A DNA stretch of 64,000 bases, from assembly GCA_963701075.1 (NCBI GenBank), contig OY969559.1:320001-384000 (forward strand). Reading direction: 5' to 3'. The DNA is from an uncultured Nitrososphaerota archaeon (GTDB lineage: Archaea > Thermoproteota > Nitrososphaeria > Nitrososphaerales > Nitrosopumilaceae). Under the pieces are notes generated by a model. That model had not been told where the DNA came from. It saw only the letters and a program-made list of their open reading frames with translations, and did no database searches. Position numbers and translations under genes: made by a program. This document shows, piece by piece, positions 30,187 to 40,520 of the stretch; within the stretch, counting starts at the first letter, position 1, and each line of letters begins with the position of its first letter.

Positions 30187-31538
30187 GCTTGCAAAATATC
30201 AAAACAAATGCATTGAGACTCTCTTTGTGCATAATACTATCTGCCTTTGTGATAGAGATTCTTATTGGAATTTTATCAAACAGTCTTGCACTAGTCACCG
30301 ATAGTATTCATGCAGTACTTGATTCCGTGGTTACTGCGATACTGCTTGTAACAGCAAGATGGGCTGCAAAGCCACCTGACCGTGAACACACGTATGGTCA
30401 TGGAAAGATAGAGACCATGGGAAGTTTCATCGGCGGTATCATCATACTTATCATAGCTTGCTTTTTCATCTTTGAGTCAATCTCAAGATTGCAAGAGCCG
30501 CGGCCTGCTGTATTGCCAGGTATACTTGCAGTGGGTGCTGCTGTTTATACCCTATGTTCAGATTTTGCCAGAATTGCTATTTTATCCAAGGCATTGAAAA
30601 AAACAGAAGGCTCAGCACTGAGGGTTGATTTTTACCATGCCTTTATGGACATAGGTTCTACCTCAGTAGCTCTTGTAGGTATCGTGCTTGTCATGATGGG
30701 ATTCTATCAAGGCGACTTTGTTGCCGCATTGATACTAGGAGCTTTACTTGCTGCATTGAGCCTGAAACTCATCTACAAAAATGCAATGGAGCTTACCGAT
30801 GCCGTACCTGAAAGCATGGTAAAAACAGTTCATGACATAGTAGATGACACCGAAGGAGTCATGAAAACAGAGTCTGTACAGATACGAAGATCGGGAAGTG
30901 ATATTTTTGCCGAAGTTACAATATCTTTGAAGGGCACCTCAAGTTTTGAAGAAGCTCACAAGATAAGTGCAAATGTAGAAAAAAACATCAGAGACAACAT
31001 TGCAAACAGTAAGGTTACGGTGCATTTTGAGCCCACTTGGAAAGACGTACCAATTGATTATATCATAAATAATGCAGCTTCTTCGGTCAAGGGAGTGGAG
31101 GGTATTCACAACATAAGCTACACCACAAAGGACGGAATTTTTATCAGCTTACATGTATTGGTTGACCGAAACATGTCTCTTGAAGACGCTCATAAAGTCT
31201 CAGATGAGATTGAAGTCCAGATAAAAAAATCAGTTGAAAATGTAAACCATATTACAGTTCATCTTGAACCTTATGTATCGATTCCAAAAAGTGTTCCTGT
31301 AGAGGATCTGACAATTGAGGAACAGGTAGCGAACATCACCAAAGAATATCCAAGTGTTAAAAAAATTGGGCGAGTCATTACATTTCAGCTGCAAGATATT
31401 TTCAAGGTAGACATTGATTGTTCCTTTGATGGTAACCTTACAATAGAAGAAGTCCATGGCATTATCTCTGAAATAGAGTACAAGATAAAAAATCAAATTA
31501 AAAATGCCATAGTAACAATACATCCTGAACCAAGCTGA
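30183..31538 (+). CDS. Cation diffusion facilitator with three C-terminal dimerisation domains
   Basis: SLALVTDSIH, PPDREHTYGHGKIE, three VH.EP-terminated domains. Confidence 0.92.
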   Translation: MSLQNIKTNALRLSLCIILSAFVIEILIGILSNSLALVTDSIHAVLDSVVTAILLVTARWAAKPPDREHTYGHGKIETMGSFIGGIIILIIACFFIFESISRLQEPRPAVLPGILAVGAAVYTLCSDFARIAILSKALKKTEGSALRVDFYHAFMDIGSTSVALVGIVLVMMGFYQGDFVAALILGALLAALSLKLIYKNAMELTDAVPESMVKTVHDIVDDTEGVMKTESVQIRRSGSDIFAEVTISLKGTSSFEEAHKISANVEKNIRDNIANSKVTVHFEPTWKDVPIDYIINNAASSVKGVEGIHNISYTTKDGIFISLHVLVDRNMSLEDAHKVSDEIEVQIKKSVENVNHITVHLEPYVSIPKSVPVEDLTIEEQVANITKEYPSVKKIGRVITFQLQDIFKVDIDCSFDGNLTIEEVHGIISEIEYKIKNQIKNAIVTIHPEPS

Positions 31539-31539
31539 T

Positions 31540-32148
31540 ATGGTATTACATGATGGGGTGAGGTTTCTCAAAAAAGACCCTATATTAGGAAAGATCATTG
31601 GTTCTGTGGGAGATTATTCGCTAAAGAAGAGAAATCATCACTTTGCAGTCTTGGTAGAATCCATAGTATCACAGCAACTTGCAACAAGGGCTGCTGAGGC
31701 AATCTTTTCTAGGTTCAAGGACATTTATCCAAAGTTTCCAACTGCGGCTGATATTCTTGCTACAAAAAAGTCTAAACTTCGCTCGGTGGGGCTTTCAAGC
31801 ATGAAGATAGAATACATCAAGGATTTGGCAAAAAAGGTAGACCAAGGAGAGATCAAGATGAGGACGTTGTCGAAGATGAGCGATGAGGAGGTGGTCTCAC
31901 ATTTAACACAAGTGAAAGGAATTGGAAGGTGGACTGCCGAGATGTTTCTCATATTCTCGCTTGGAAGACAAGACGTTCTGCCAGTTCATGATCTCGGGCT
32001 GCGAAAAGGTGTGCAGATGGCATTTTCACTCTCAGAGTTACCAGAGCCAGGCGAGGTAGAAAATCTTGGCAAGAGATGGAGACCATACAGAAGTATAGCT
32101 ACTTGGTATCTCTGGAAAAGCCTACAAAAATTTGACAAGATCGGATGA
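31540..32148 (+). CDS. DNA-3-methyladenine glycosylase (AlkA/HhH-GPD)
   Basis: IVSQQL, VKGIGRWTAEM, DLGL, WRPYRS. Confidence 0.92.
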   Translation: MVLHDGVRFLKKDPILGKIIGSVGDYSLKKRNHHFAVLVESIVSQQLATRAAEAIFSRFKDIYPKFPTAADILATKKSKLRSVGLSSMKIEYIKDLAKKVDQGEIKMRTLSKMSDEEVVSHLTQVKGIGRWTAEMFLIFSLGRQDVLPVHDLGLRKGVQMAFSLSELPEPGEVENLGKRWRPYRSIATWYLWKSLQKFDKIG

Positions 32149-32454
32149 TCTTATTAGGAAGGGTGACCAAAGTAGGCCACGACCTCTATCAATCCTGATA
32201 CAGAGGAAGCCATACGACAGAGAGCGGAATTCTACAATAGTGAGAGTGTAGACAATTTTATCAAAAAGCATGGTGTGCCAAAAACTCGACAGTCACTACG
32301 AGGCTTGGTGGAACTAAAAATGAATAAAAAAGATGATGCGGAGATGGAGAAAGCGGTTGAGCTCCTGGGGCATGTATATTTTCAGGTTCATCCACAACAG
32401 GTCAATATAAGAGACAAGGCAAACGGGAAACTAATTGTTTCCATCCGAAAATAA
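32145..32454 (+). CDS. Hypothetical protein of about 100 aa; one extra base near 32175; not in ORF track
   Basis: Removing one G gives VTKVATTSINPDTEEAIRQRAEFYN...GKLIVSIRK filling the gap between alkA and the helicase. Confidence 0.55.
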
Positions 32455-32520
32455 ATCAAGATCCATTCCAATGAATTAAGTAGTGCCAGCCTAGCAGGAT
32501 TCTATCAAACTGAAAAAAAG

Positions 32521-34218
32521 ATGACTGCGGTTGTAGAATATTTCCCAGAGGAATTTGAGCCAAGACGGATACAGAAGGACATATTGCGTGGCATAGAGCA
32601 GCAGCTCAAGTCAGGATACAAGATTGTTGTTCTTTCTGCACCTACAGGAGTTGGCAAGTCACTCATTGCCGCTACACTTGCACGATACTATGGTAAATCG
32701 TTCATAATTACTGCCTCAAAACAACTCCAGGATCAGTATTCAAAAGATCTCAAGTTTCTCAATCCTGTCAAGGGAAAATCCAACTTTGCATGTCTTAAAT
32801 TAATGGAACACCAGGGAATAGAAAAATTAGATGTAAAGCAAGCCATACAGAGAGGACTGACATGTGAGAAGGGATTATGTGAAGAGACAGTCAAGGTAAA
32901 AGGAAAGGAGGTCAAGGAGAGCTGCAAATTCAAACCTAAAATTGGTGAATTGCAACCCGACTCGAAGAATCCACAGTGCATTTACTATGAACAAAAATAT
33001 CGTGCCCTAATTTCTGATCATTCTATTTGGAATTATGCATCTTATTTTCAGCTTATGAGATTTGGCAGAAAGGCATATGCAGATTACATCAGTAAACCAG
33101 TTGCAATCTTTGATGAGGCCCACAAGATAGAAGACCAGATAATTCAGTTCATTGGTGTGGATATTTACAATGGGCAGATACAGGAATGCGAAATTGACAT
33201 CAAGAGTTATTCCCTCAACGACATGGAACATGTCATTTTATTGCTTGACGATCTTGCAAGATCATATTCAAAGCAAATCAAGGGTCTTCAGGAAAGTAGG
33301 TCGTTTCAGACAAATCCAGATTACATGCTGCTCGCAAAACTTGAATCTCGATATGAAAAGATGGCAAATGCCCGAGTCGAACTTGAATCAAACAAGGAGA
33401 ATTTTGTCCTAAATGACCCTTACTTTGATGAGAGGGGAAATTTTAGATCGCTTTCAATAAAACCACTTGATATTTCAAAATATGTCAAGGCGTTCTTTGA
33501 CATTGAGACGCAGATCTTCATGTCAGCTACCATAGACAAGGCAAGTTTTTGTGAAAATACGGGTCTTGAGCCCTCAGATGTTGCTTTTGTAGATACGCCC
33601 AAGTCGCCTTTCTTGCCTGACAAAAGAAGAATCAATTTTCTAAACATTAGAAAGCTCAGCTATTCATCAAGTAAGGATGACGAGCTTGCAGTGATATCCA
33701 AGATTGATGAGATATTATCACAGCATGCCAATGAGCGAGGCCTTATACTTACTTCCTCTGAGAAAAAATGCTTTGATATACGAAATCATCTCTCAGAGAA
33801 GAACAAAAGTAGAATTAGAATTTGTCACAGCAGAAATGAAAATGGCATGACCCAAGATGAAGTGATTCAAGAACACGCCATGGATGAAAATGGTGTGCTA
33901 CTTTCATCTTCATTATGGGAAGGCGTTGATTTGAAGGATGATTTGTCAAGATTTCAGATAATAGCAAAGGTACCATATCCTAACCTGAGCGAAAAAAGAA
34001 CGAAAAACAAGATGCAGAAATTTCCCTTGTGGTATAAATCGCAGACGCTTGTAAAACTATTGCAGGGCTTTGGAAGGTCAATTAGAAGCGAGCAGGACTG
34101 GGCCGTGACATATGTGCTCGATACTGCAGCATATGACCTGTTGCTTCAATGCAAATCAATGGTACCAAAATCATACCACGATGTATTGGGATTTCCAAGT
34201 TATCCAGGATCTACCTGA
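32521..34218 (+). CDS. XPD/Rad3/DinG-family SF2 DNA helicase
   Basis: APTGVGKS, Cys cluster after motif Ia, FDEAH, MSAT, WEGVD, QGFGRSIRS. Confidence 0.9.
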   Translation: MTAVVEYFPEEFEPRRIQKDILRGIEQQLKSGYKIVVLSAPTGVGKSLIAATLARYYGKSFIITASKQLQDQYSKDLKFLNPVKGKSNFACLKLMEHQGIEKLDVKQAIQRGLTCEKGLCEETVKVKGKEVKESCKFKPKIGELQPDSKNPQCIYYEQKYRALISDHSIWNYASYFQLMRFGRKAYADYISKPVAIFDEAHKIEDQIIQFIGVDIYNGQIQECEIDIKSYSLNDMEHVILLLDDLARSYSKQIKGLQESRSFQTNPDYMLLAKLESRYEKMANARVELESNKENFVLNDPYFDERGNFRSLSIKPLDISKYVKAFFDIETQIFMSATIDKASFCENTGLEPSDVAFVDTPKSPFLPDKRRINFLNIRKLSYSSSKDDELAVISKIDEILSQHANERGLILTSSEKKCFDIRNHLSEKNKSRIRICHSRNENGMTQDEVIQEHAMDENGVLLSSSLWEGVDLKDDLSRFQIIAKVPYPNLSEKRTKNKMQKFPLWYKSQTLVKLLQGFGRSIRSEQDWAVTYVLDTAAYDLLLQCKSMVPKSYHDVLGFPSYPGST

Positions 34219-34267
34219 AAAATTTCAGAATTAGACTAGATACATTGCTTTTAGCTGAAAATAAAAT

Positions 34268-34573
34268 TTAGCACGCAATCTCGTGTATTGGGTTTTCAAG
34301 TTCTGCAAGCGTAAATACAAACCTGGAACCCTCAAATTCTGTTGTGCCTTCTCGTTCCCAGTTTACCTTGTATGTCTTTGTCACATGCCCCCCGACAATT
34401 GAGATTGTCTGTGGTACTGCCTCATACAGTTTTTCCACCTTATCTTTATCTCGTGTCATCAGCAAGGATCTACGCCTTTTCATGAGATATTTGATGGCTA
34501 CGTTTTTGTGTTGATGGCCCTCGACTTCTATCTTCTCACTACCAAGGTCTATGACAAATTTTCTTTTTACCAT
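34268..34573 (-). CDS. Hypothetical protein
   Basis: About 101 aa basic ORF with GGAG upstream of the ATG. Confidence 0.7.
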   Translation of the reverse strand: MVKRKFVIDLGSEKIEVEGHQHKNVAIKYLMKRRRSLLMTRDKDKVEKLYEAVPQTISIVGGHVTKTYKVNWEREGTTEFEGSRFVFTLAELENPIHEIAC

Positions 34574-34678
34574 GCCTCTAAATGGAGATTTTCTACAAAA
34601 GATGGAATGACAAATCAGAGCTAGCATCTACATTAAAAATTATGACAAAATCTCATGAGACAGATGGTTTGTGAAAAT

Positions 34679-35362
34679 TTAAGGGGAATAAGTATTAGGC
34701 CCATAGCCATTGGACGGAAGGTCTAGGTGATATCCCTGGCATACGAAATTTGTAACTTCCCTGTATTCTGATTGATCCTCAGAGGCCATTCTGTAATCTT
34801 GTTTGTTACTATCATCATACACCCAGTATGCATTTACTTGACATTGATCATACTCAAGTGTGTACAGTAGCGTCCCATCACCTGTAATCAAATCAATCTT
34901 GGTATCAAAAACTGGGTTTATTTCTTGGTTGTTGTTATTGGTTCCAAGAATCTGAATTGATGTAGATACCAACTGATAAAATTGAGTTTTATCTTTACTT
35001 GGCAAATCTACAAGTTGAAATTGAGACTCTACATTACTGGAGATACGTGGTGTGGTTCTATAGTTTTGAACTGTTTGAGAAAACCCAACCAGTCTTTGAA
35101 ATGAGTTTATTGTTATTTGTGAGTCCACTCCAATTGGGTTATTTTGAATATTAACAAAGTGTACCACTATTGATGTAACACGATCATCATCGCTTGGAGT
35201 ATTGTCCGTTGCGGTAACCTGTGAGATTGGAACTTGATCTAATCGTTGTTGTGTCATATACTGTACTCCCTTTAGAAAATCAGCATGAACAGTTAATGTA
35301 AACATGACAGCAGTCAAGGAAAAAGATACGATTATCACTATCAAAAGCAGCTTAATTTTCAT
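34679..35362 (-). CDS. Secreted beta-rich protein of unknown function
   Basis: Signal peptide; C-terminal FDTKIDLITGDG..YDQCQV..YREVTNFVCQGY. Confidence 0.75.
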   Translation of the reverse strand: MKIKLLLIVIIVSFSLTAVMFTLTVHADFLKGVQYMTQQRLDQVPISQVTATDNTPSDDDRVTSIVVHFVNIQNNPIGVDSQITINSFQRLVGFSQTVQNYRTTPRISSNVESQFQLVDLPSKDKTQFYQLVSTSIQILGTNNNNQEINPVFDTKIDLITGDGTLLYTLEYDQCQVNAYWVYDDSNKQDYRMASEDQSEYREVTNFVCQGYHLDLPSNGYGPNTYSP

Positions 35363-35418
35363 GAAATATTTATGGCAACTTTACTATTAAGCTCTTCATA
35401 TTTTAGATCCCCTAGAAA

Positions 35419-35495
35419 TGGTGGGACCGGCCGGACTTGAACCGGCGACCTCTAGCACCCCAGGCTAGCATCATACCAAGCTAGACTACGGTCCC
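35419..35495 (-). tRNA. tRNA-Pro(GGG), intronless, CCA encoded
   Basis: GGGACCG acceptor stem, CTAGC-CTGGGGT-GCTAG anticodon arm, GGTTCAAGTCC T-arm, ends ACCA. Confidence 0.97.
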
Positions 35496-35566
35496 TCAAG
35501 TTGCTGGGAATTGTTGAAATTATTAAATGGTAGGATTAACTTTTGTACAAAAATTTGGCCTGATTG

Positions 35567-36715
35567 CTACAGCCACTTGTCAAGTCGTTCTTTTTCAAAC
35601 TTTTCCTTTTCTATAAAATAATCAGGTGATGAGGCATCTAGCTCAGTTATAGGAGCTGGAGTTGCATACATATCAACTCGAATGTACCCTGCAGTCTTTT
35701 TTCCTGTTTCCAAGAAACAACCTCCCTTGCCATCAAATATAGCAGCTTCCTGTTCTTTCTTGATTTTAGATATGATGTTTCTTGCAACAGTTATTCCTTC
35801 GTTCTCTGCAAATATTCCTGCCTTTGGAACTGCTATCTTGTCTGTTACCATTATCTGATTTACGTCACCTATCGCGTATACATTTTCAAATTTTGTCTTG
35901 CATGCTCTGTTCACTTCGATAAACTTGCCTGGCTGCGCAAGCCCGCAATCAACTGCAACAAGAGGCACCTTATGAGGAGGGACTGTAATTAGTAAGTCAA
36001 AGTCTGCTTCTCCAGATTCAAATTTGAGTTTGTTTTGTTCTACTGATATCGTCTTGTGGTTTCCGTGAAACTCTATATTTTTTGATTTTAAAATCTGCAA
36101 GATTTCCTCGCTTACCTTAGGGCCTCCAGCTGGAAGGGTGATGGGAGTAGGGCTGTAAAAGTCCATTTGAGTGGAATTGCTGGCCCCGGTCTCTTCAAGA
36201 ACTGATCTTATCAAAAGTGCTGCTTCAAATGGCGCTGGAGGACATTTGTATGGCAGGCCCGTAATTGCAATAGATATCTTGCCTGATTTTATATGACGTA
36301 TTGCATCTCGAATCTTTGGAACGTCATTTAGGTCATATAATACCAAACTGTTTTCCTTTAGTCCTGGAATCTGCTCTGGTGCTAGCTCAACACCCAGTGC
36401 AATTATCAGATAATCATAATGTAGTCTTCGATAGCTTGTTCTTACGATTTTGTTCTCAAGGTCTATCTTGACTGCTTCTTCATTGATAAATTCAATTCCC
36501 TTTTTTGTAACAGTTTCAAGTTGTCTCTTTGAGGTCTCAAATTCTCTCAAACCTGTAATTATCCAGAGCTTGACTAGGTCCATCATGAACCAGTCCTTTT
36601 TGTCAACTATTGTAATTCGGGTATCCTGAGTAAGGCCCTCACGAAGCTCGTTAGCAGCGGCAAGCCCGCCAAATCCTCCACCCAAAATTACTATGTTCGT
36701 TGGTCTTATGCCAAA
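35567..36715 (-). CDS. Sulfide:quinone oxidoreductase/FCSD-like FAD oxidoreductase (start uncertain)
   Basis: IVILGGGFGG, YKCPPAPFE, VYAIGD, PKAG, GGCFLETG. Confidence 0.85.
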   Translation of the reverse strand, partial: FGIRPTNIVILGGGFGGLAAANELREGLTQDTRITIVDKKDWFMMDLVKLWIITGLREFETSKRQLETVTKKGIEFINEEAVKIDLENKIVRTSYRRLHYDYLIIALGVELAPEQIPGLKENSLVLYDLNDVPKIRDAIRHIKSGKISIAITGLPYKCPPAPFEAALLIRSVLEETGASNSTQMDFYSPTPITLPAGGPKVSEEILQILKSKNIEFHGNHKTISVEQNKLKFESGEADFDLLITVPPHKVPLVAVDCGLAQPGKFIEVNRACKTKFENVYAIGDVNQIMVTDKIAVPKAGIFAENEGITVARNIISKIKKEQEAAIFDGKGGCFLETGKKTAGYIRVDMYATPAPITELDASSPDYFIEKEKFEKERLDKWL

Positions 36716-36725
36716 ACGCCACTCA

Positions 36726-37469
36726 TTATCTTTCTTGGGTTGTTGGCCTTATGGTTATTTCGTTTACGTTCATGTGTGATGGCGATTCTATGGCAAACAG
36801 TATAGAATTTGCAATGTCTTCTGACTTGAGGGCCTGCATTGTCTTTGCAGATTTTACAAATGTTTCAAGCGATTTATCAGTAATAGTATTTGTAAGTTCG
36901 GTATCCACTACTCCAGGCTCTATTGTTGTAACTCGAATATTGTTTCTTGTAGAAAGCTCTTGTCGCAACCCTTCACTAAATGCCCTGACTGCATATTTTG
37001 TTGCACAATATACACTTCCTGCAGGGAAGACCACTTTTCCTGCAACTGATGAAATATTTACAATGTGACCAGAATTTTGCTTTAGCATGTGAGGGAGTGC
37101 AGCAGCTGTACAATACAAGACGCCCTTGATGTTTACATCGACCATTTGTTCCCATTCATCAACTTTGAGATTCTTCACAAAGCTCAATGGCATAAGACCT
37201 GCATTGTTGACAAGAATGTCCACTCTGTTCCATTTTTTTATTGCAGCATCAATTAGATTATCACAATCACCGCGTTTTGTAACATCACATGATATCGCAG
37301 TGCATTCACCCCCAACTTTTTCAATTTCTTTTTGCAGTTGTTCTAGCTTGTCTTTTCTTCGTGCACCAACAACAACCTTGGCACCAGCCTTTGCTATTGA
37401 TAACGCAGTGGCATAACCAATCCCACTGCTTGCACCGGTCACTACAGCAACTTGACCTTTTATTGTCAT
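36726..37469 (-). CDS. Short-chain dehydrogenase/reductase
   Basis: TGASSGIG, NNAG, YCATK. Confidence 0.93.
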   Translation of the reverse strand: MTIKGQVAVVTGASSGIGYATALSIAKAGAKVVVGARRKDKLEQLQKEIEKVGGECTAISCDVTKRGDCDNLIDAAIKKWNRVDILVNNAGLMPLSFVKNLKVDEWEQMVDVNIKGVLYCTAAALPHMLKQNSGHIVNISSVAGKVVFPAGSVYCATKYAVRAFSEGLRQELSTRNNIRVTTIEPGVVDTELTNTITDKSLETFVKSAKTMQALKSEDIANSILFAIESPSHMNVNEITIRPTTQER

Positions 37470-37589
37470 GCTAAAAATCATTTTTCATCAGTGTGCATTG
37501 CGTAAATAAGTCTTGTCAATTAATTCCAATAATTATAGAAATTAACTTTGTTTCTTAACACTAAATTAGGATCAGATGTGATTTAAACC

Positions 37590-37817
37590 ATGGAGCAATT
37601 TGACTGTGCATATTGCGGAGAAAAGCAGGACCTTCCGTTTCAATGCAATTACTGTAACGACAAGTTTTGTGCAGAACACAGATTGCCAGAAGATCACAGG
37701 TGTGTCAAGCTACACCAGATAAGAACAAGAAGATTTGGAGAAAACAAGGTTCAGAGAAGAAAGGGGATTGGAAGACAGGGCTTCATAAAACGAGTATTTG
37801 GCAAGTTTGGTCAGTAG
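37590..37817 (+). CDS. AN1-type zinc-finger protein
   Basis: CAYC..LPFQCNYC..FCAEHRLPEDHRC. Confidence 0.9.
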   Translation: MEQFDCAYCGEKQDLPFQCNYCNDKFCAEHRLPEDHRCVKLHQIRTRRFGENKVQRRKGIGRQGFIKRVFGKFGQ

Positions 37818-38083
37818 AGAGCTTTTTGTGGATTAAATTTTGATAGTTTTGCTTGATAAAACAGGGCAATTGCCAAAGCTAACAACACGCCTGCAGTCAA
37901 CCAGTTAGACACTTGCATGACAAGATAAGCTATTCCAAATCCAACACACATTAGTGCCTGAGTTAGTAGCTTTATCCAGTTTGATATCTTGGCTGTTCTG
38001 CTAATCATTTCTATGACAAGCATGCCTACAACAGGATACAGTATGATTTCAAAGTAAACATAAAGGTCTGTCTCATTAGGCAT
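37811..38083 (-). CDS. Small membrane protein (3 TM)
   Basis: 90 aa, three hydrophobic helices. Confidence 0.7.
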   Translation of the reverse strand: MPNETDLYVYFEIILYPVVGMLVIEMISRTAKISNWIKLLTQALMCVGFGIAYLVMQVSNWLTAGVLLALAIALFYQAKLSKFNPQKALY

Positions 38084-38110
38084 ACCATGTCACACTGTGT
38101 TGTCTAATTT

Positions 38111-38675
38111 CTAGTCTTCCCAACTTATCTTTACTGCTACCTTTTTGGCAATTAGGGCACGCGCGTTCTCAAACGGTAAGGTTGCAACATCTTCAGCTTC
38201 AAATGGACCATATGTCTGAAGATCCGTTCCCACAATCTGGTCTATTGACTTGAGAAATCTCACAACAATAGTTCTAGACCTATGATTTTTTGCTACTGTC
38301 TCAAGAAGCTTTAATCTTCCATTTAATGTTGCAGAGAGAATGGTCTCCTTTCTCTGCCTTCAGCTCATCTTCAGAATCTAGAATGAATCTTTCTTCATCA
38401 AGAAGATTTGAGTAATCAATCTCTTCCAAGCCCGTTGCTTTCTCAATTCTTATTTTTAGAAGAAGTGATGTCATTTCGGTTATCATTTTTACAAGCGAGT
38501 CTTTGATCTTTGATTCAGCTCCGTCATAGTCTTGGTTTTTTAAATTTCCAAGAAATTCTGCAATGTTGTTATACAGTTTAGAATCTAGCTCTTGTACTGA
38601 ATCGTTTTCTACTTCTCTAACAAGCAAGGCATACAATGAATTTGCATCAATTTTTTTTATTTCTGACATTTCCAT
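38111..38675 (-). CDS. GINS complex subunit (Gins51/GINS15-like); split by one extra base near 38360
   Basis: After the shift reads RQRKETIL...VVRFLKSIDQIVGTDLQTYGPFEAEDVATLPFENARALI, the GINS B-domain motif. Confidence 0.85.
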
Positions 38676-38728
38676 ACCCAACAATACTTAAATCATAGAC
38701 TCCTTTGTGTTATGATCAAGGTGCAAAA

Positions 38729-40191
38729 TTGCCATATAAAGTGATTGGTGGAGAACCAGTATCAGTTTCTTATTCAGCTGATGAAGTTTTTGCAAAGATA
38801 AAAAACGAACAGATAAAATTCATTGATTTACAATTTACAGGTCTTAGGGGAAGATTTCATCATACAACAATTTCAGCTAACTTGTTTACTCCTCAACAAA
38901 TGCAAGATGGTTTACCAAAGGCTGAGATGGATCTTCAATTGTAGGATTTGCCTCTGTCCAAGACTCGGACATGATACTCAAGCCAGATCCTAGTACATTT
39001 GCGGTAATTCCCTGGATGAAAAATTCCAAGACAGCCAGGTTGATTTGTGACATATATTGGGGGTGGGGAAAAGGCAGGCTAGAATCTGACCCAAGAGGCA
39101 TAACGCAAAAGGCAGAAAAGTATCTCACTACACAGGGTTTTGATACAAGTTATTGGGGTCCAGAGGTAGAGTTCTTTGTTTTTGACAAGATCCAATGGGA
39201 TGTGTTAACGCCATACAAGGGCCAGTCATATTCAATTGAGTCAAAAGAGGCCCCATGGAGCCAAGAGGGAAAAGGATACCCAATGGCACTAAAGAAGGGA
39301 TATTATCCTAGTACCCCTGCCGACACTTTGACAGAATATAGAAATGATTGTGTAGAGTGCTTGAGCGAGTATTTTGGAATTTTATGTGACAATCATCATC
39401 ATGAGGTAGCAACTGCTGGACAATGTGAGATCGACATAAGATATGACACCATGACAAACGCTGCAGACGGCGCACAAACTTACAAGTATGTTGTAAGAAA
39501 CATTGCCACAAAATATGACAAGGTTGCCACCATGATGCCAAAACCGATTTCTATGGATTCGGGCTCTGGAATGCACACCAATGTAAGCTTGTGGAAGAAT
39601 GGCAAGAACATGTTCTATGACAAAGATGACAAACAAGAGATAAGCCAAGTTGCAAGGTATTACTGCGGTGGAATCATGAATCATGCACGAGCGTTGTCTG
39701 CAATTGTTGCACCCACGACAAATTCCTACCACAGATTGGTTCCAGGATATGAGGCTCCTGTGTATATTGCATGGAGTGCAAGCAACAGATCTGCAATAAT
39801 TAGAATTCCTGCTCATTTCAAGGGAGAAAAATATGAAAAGATTAAGAGATTAGAGTTTAGGGCTCCTGATCCATCTTCAAATCCATATCTTGTATTTGCA
39901 GCAGTTCTTGCTGCAGGACTTGATGGAATTAAAAAGAAGACAGACCCAGGAGATCCAGTTAACGAAGACATTTACAAAATGACTAAAGTTCAGCGTGATG
40001 CAAAGGGAATCAAGGACTTGCCTGCCACGTTAGGAGAAGCGCTTGATGAACTTGAAAGTGACAGGGAATTTCTCAGTCCAATATTTTCAAATGATACCAT
40101 TGACAAGATAATCGAGGTAGAAAGGGCAGACGACCATGAGATCTCAATAAGACCTCATCCTCACGAGTTTTATCTCTATTTTGATATCTAG
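38729..40191 (+). CDS. glnA: Glutamine synthetase type I; two extra bases near 38921-38925
   Basis: FIDLQFT, DGSSI.GF across the shift, GPEVEFF, HHEVA, GSGMH, RLVPGYEAP, EFRAPDP. Confidence 0.95.
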
Positions 40192-40436
40192 ATTCGTCCT
40201 ATTGCGGCATATACTAGAAACAGCGCTAGTGCCAGAACAACTAGACCGATGATAAGATAGGCTCTCCTGTGACGTTCGCCAGAACCTGCCTTGTAAAGAG
40301 AGACGGCACCTGCCAGACCTACAAAGAGAATCAATGTTCCCACTATGACGGGGTCCCAAGCACTATGAGTAATGACAGGATAAAAAGTCTCCAGAGAGCA
40401 GCGCAAAGAAAACCGCCAAGTAGACGTATTTTGCAC
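40188..40436 (-). CDS. Small membrane protein (start uncertain)
   Basis: Two hydrophobic helices in the C-terminal 60 aa. Confidence 0.55.
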   Translation of the reverse strand: MQNTSTWRFSLRCSLETFYPVITHSAWDPVIVGTLILFVGLAGAVSLYKAGSGERHRRAYLIIGLVVLALALFLVYAAIGRI

Positions 40437-40520
40437 CAGCCAAGATTTTGTTGCTGCCTAGCTGCATAGGATTGCCTATCTAGATTAGTCAAATAAACCT
40501 TTGAGAAGAAAAAATTCTTT

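Noticed and set aside
34679-35495. Integrated element at tRNA-Pro
   Set aside because: No integrase and no duplicated tRNA 3' end found in the window
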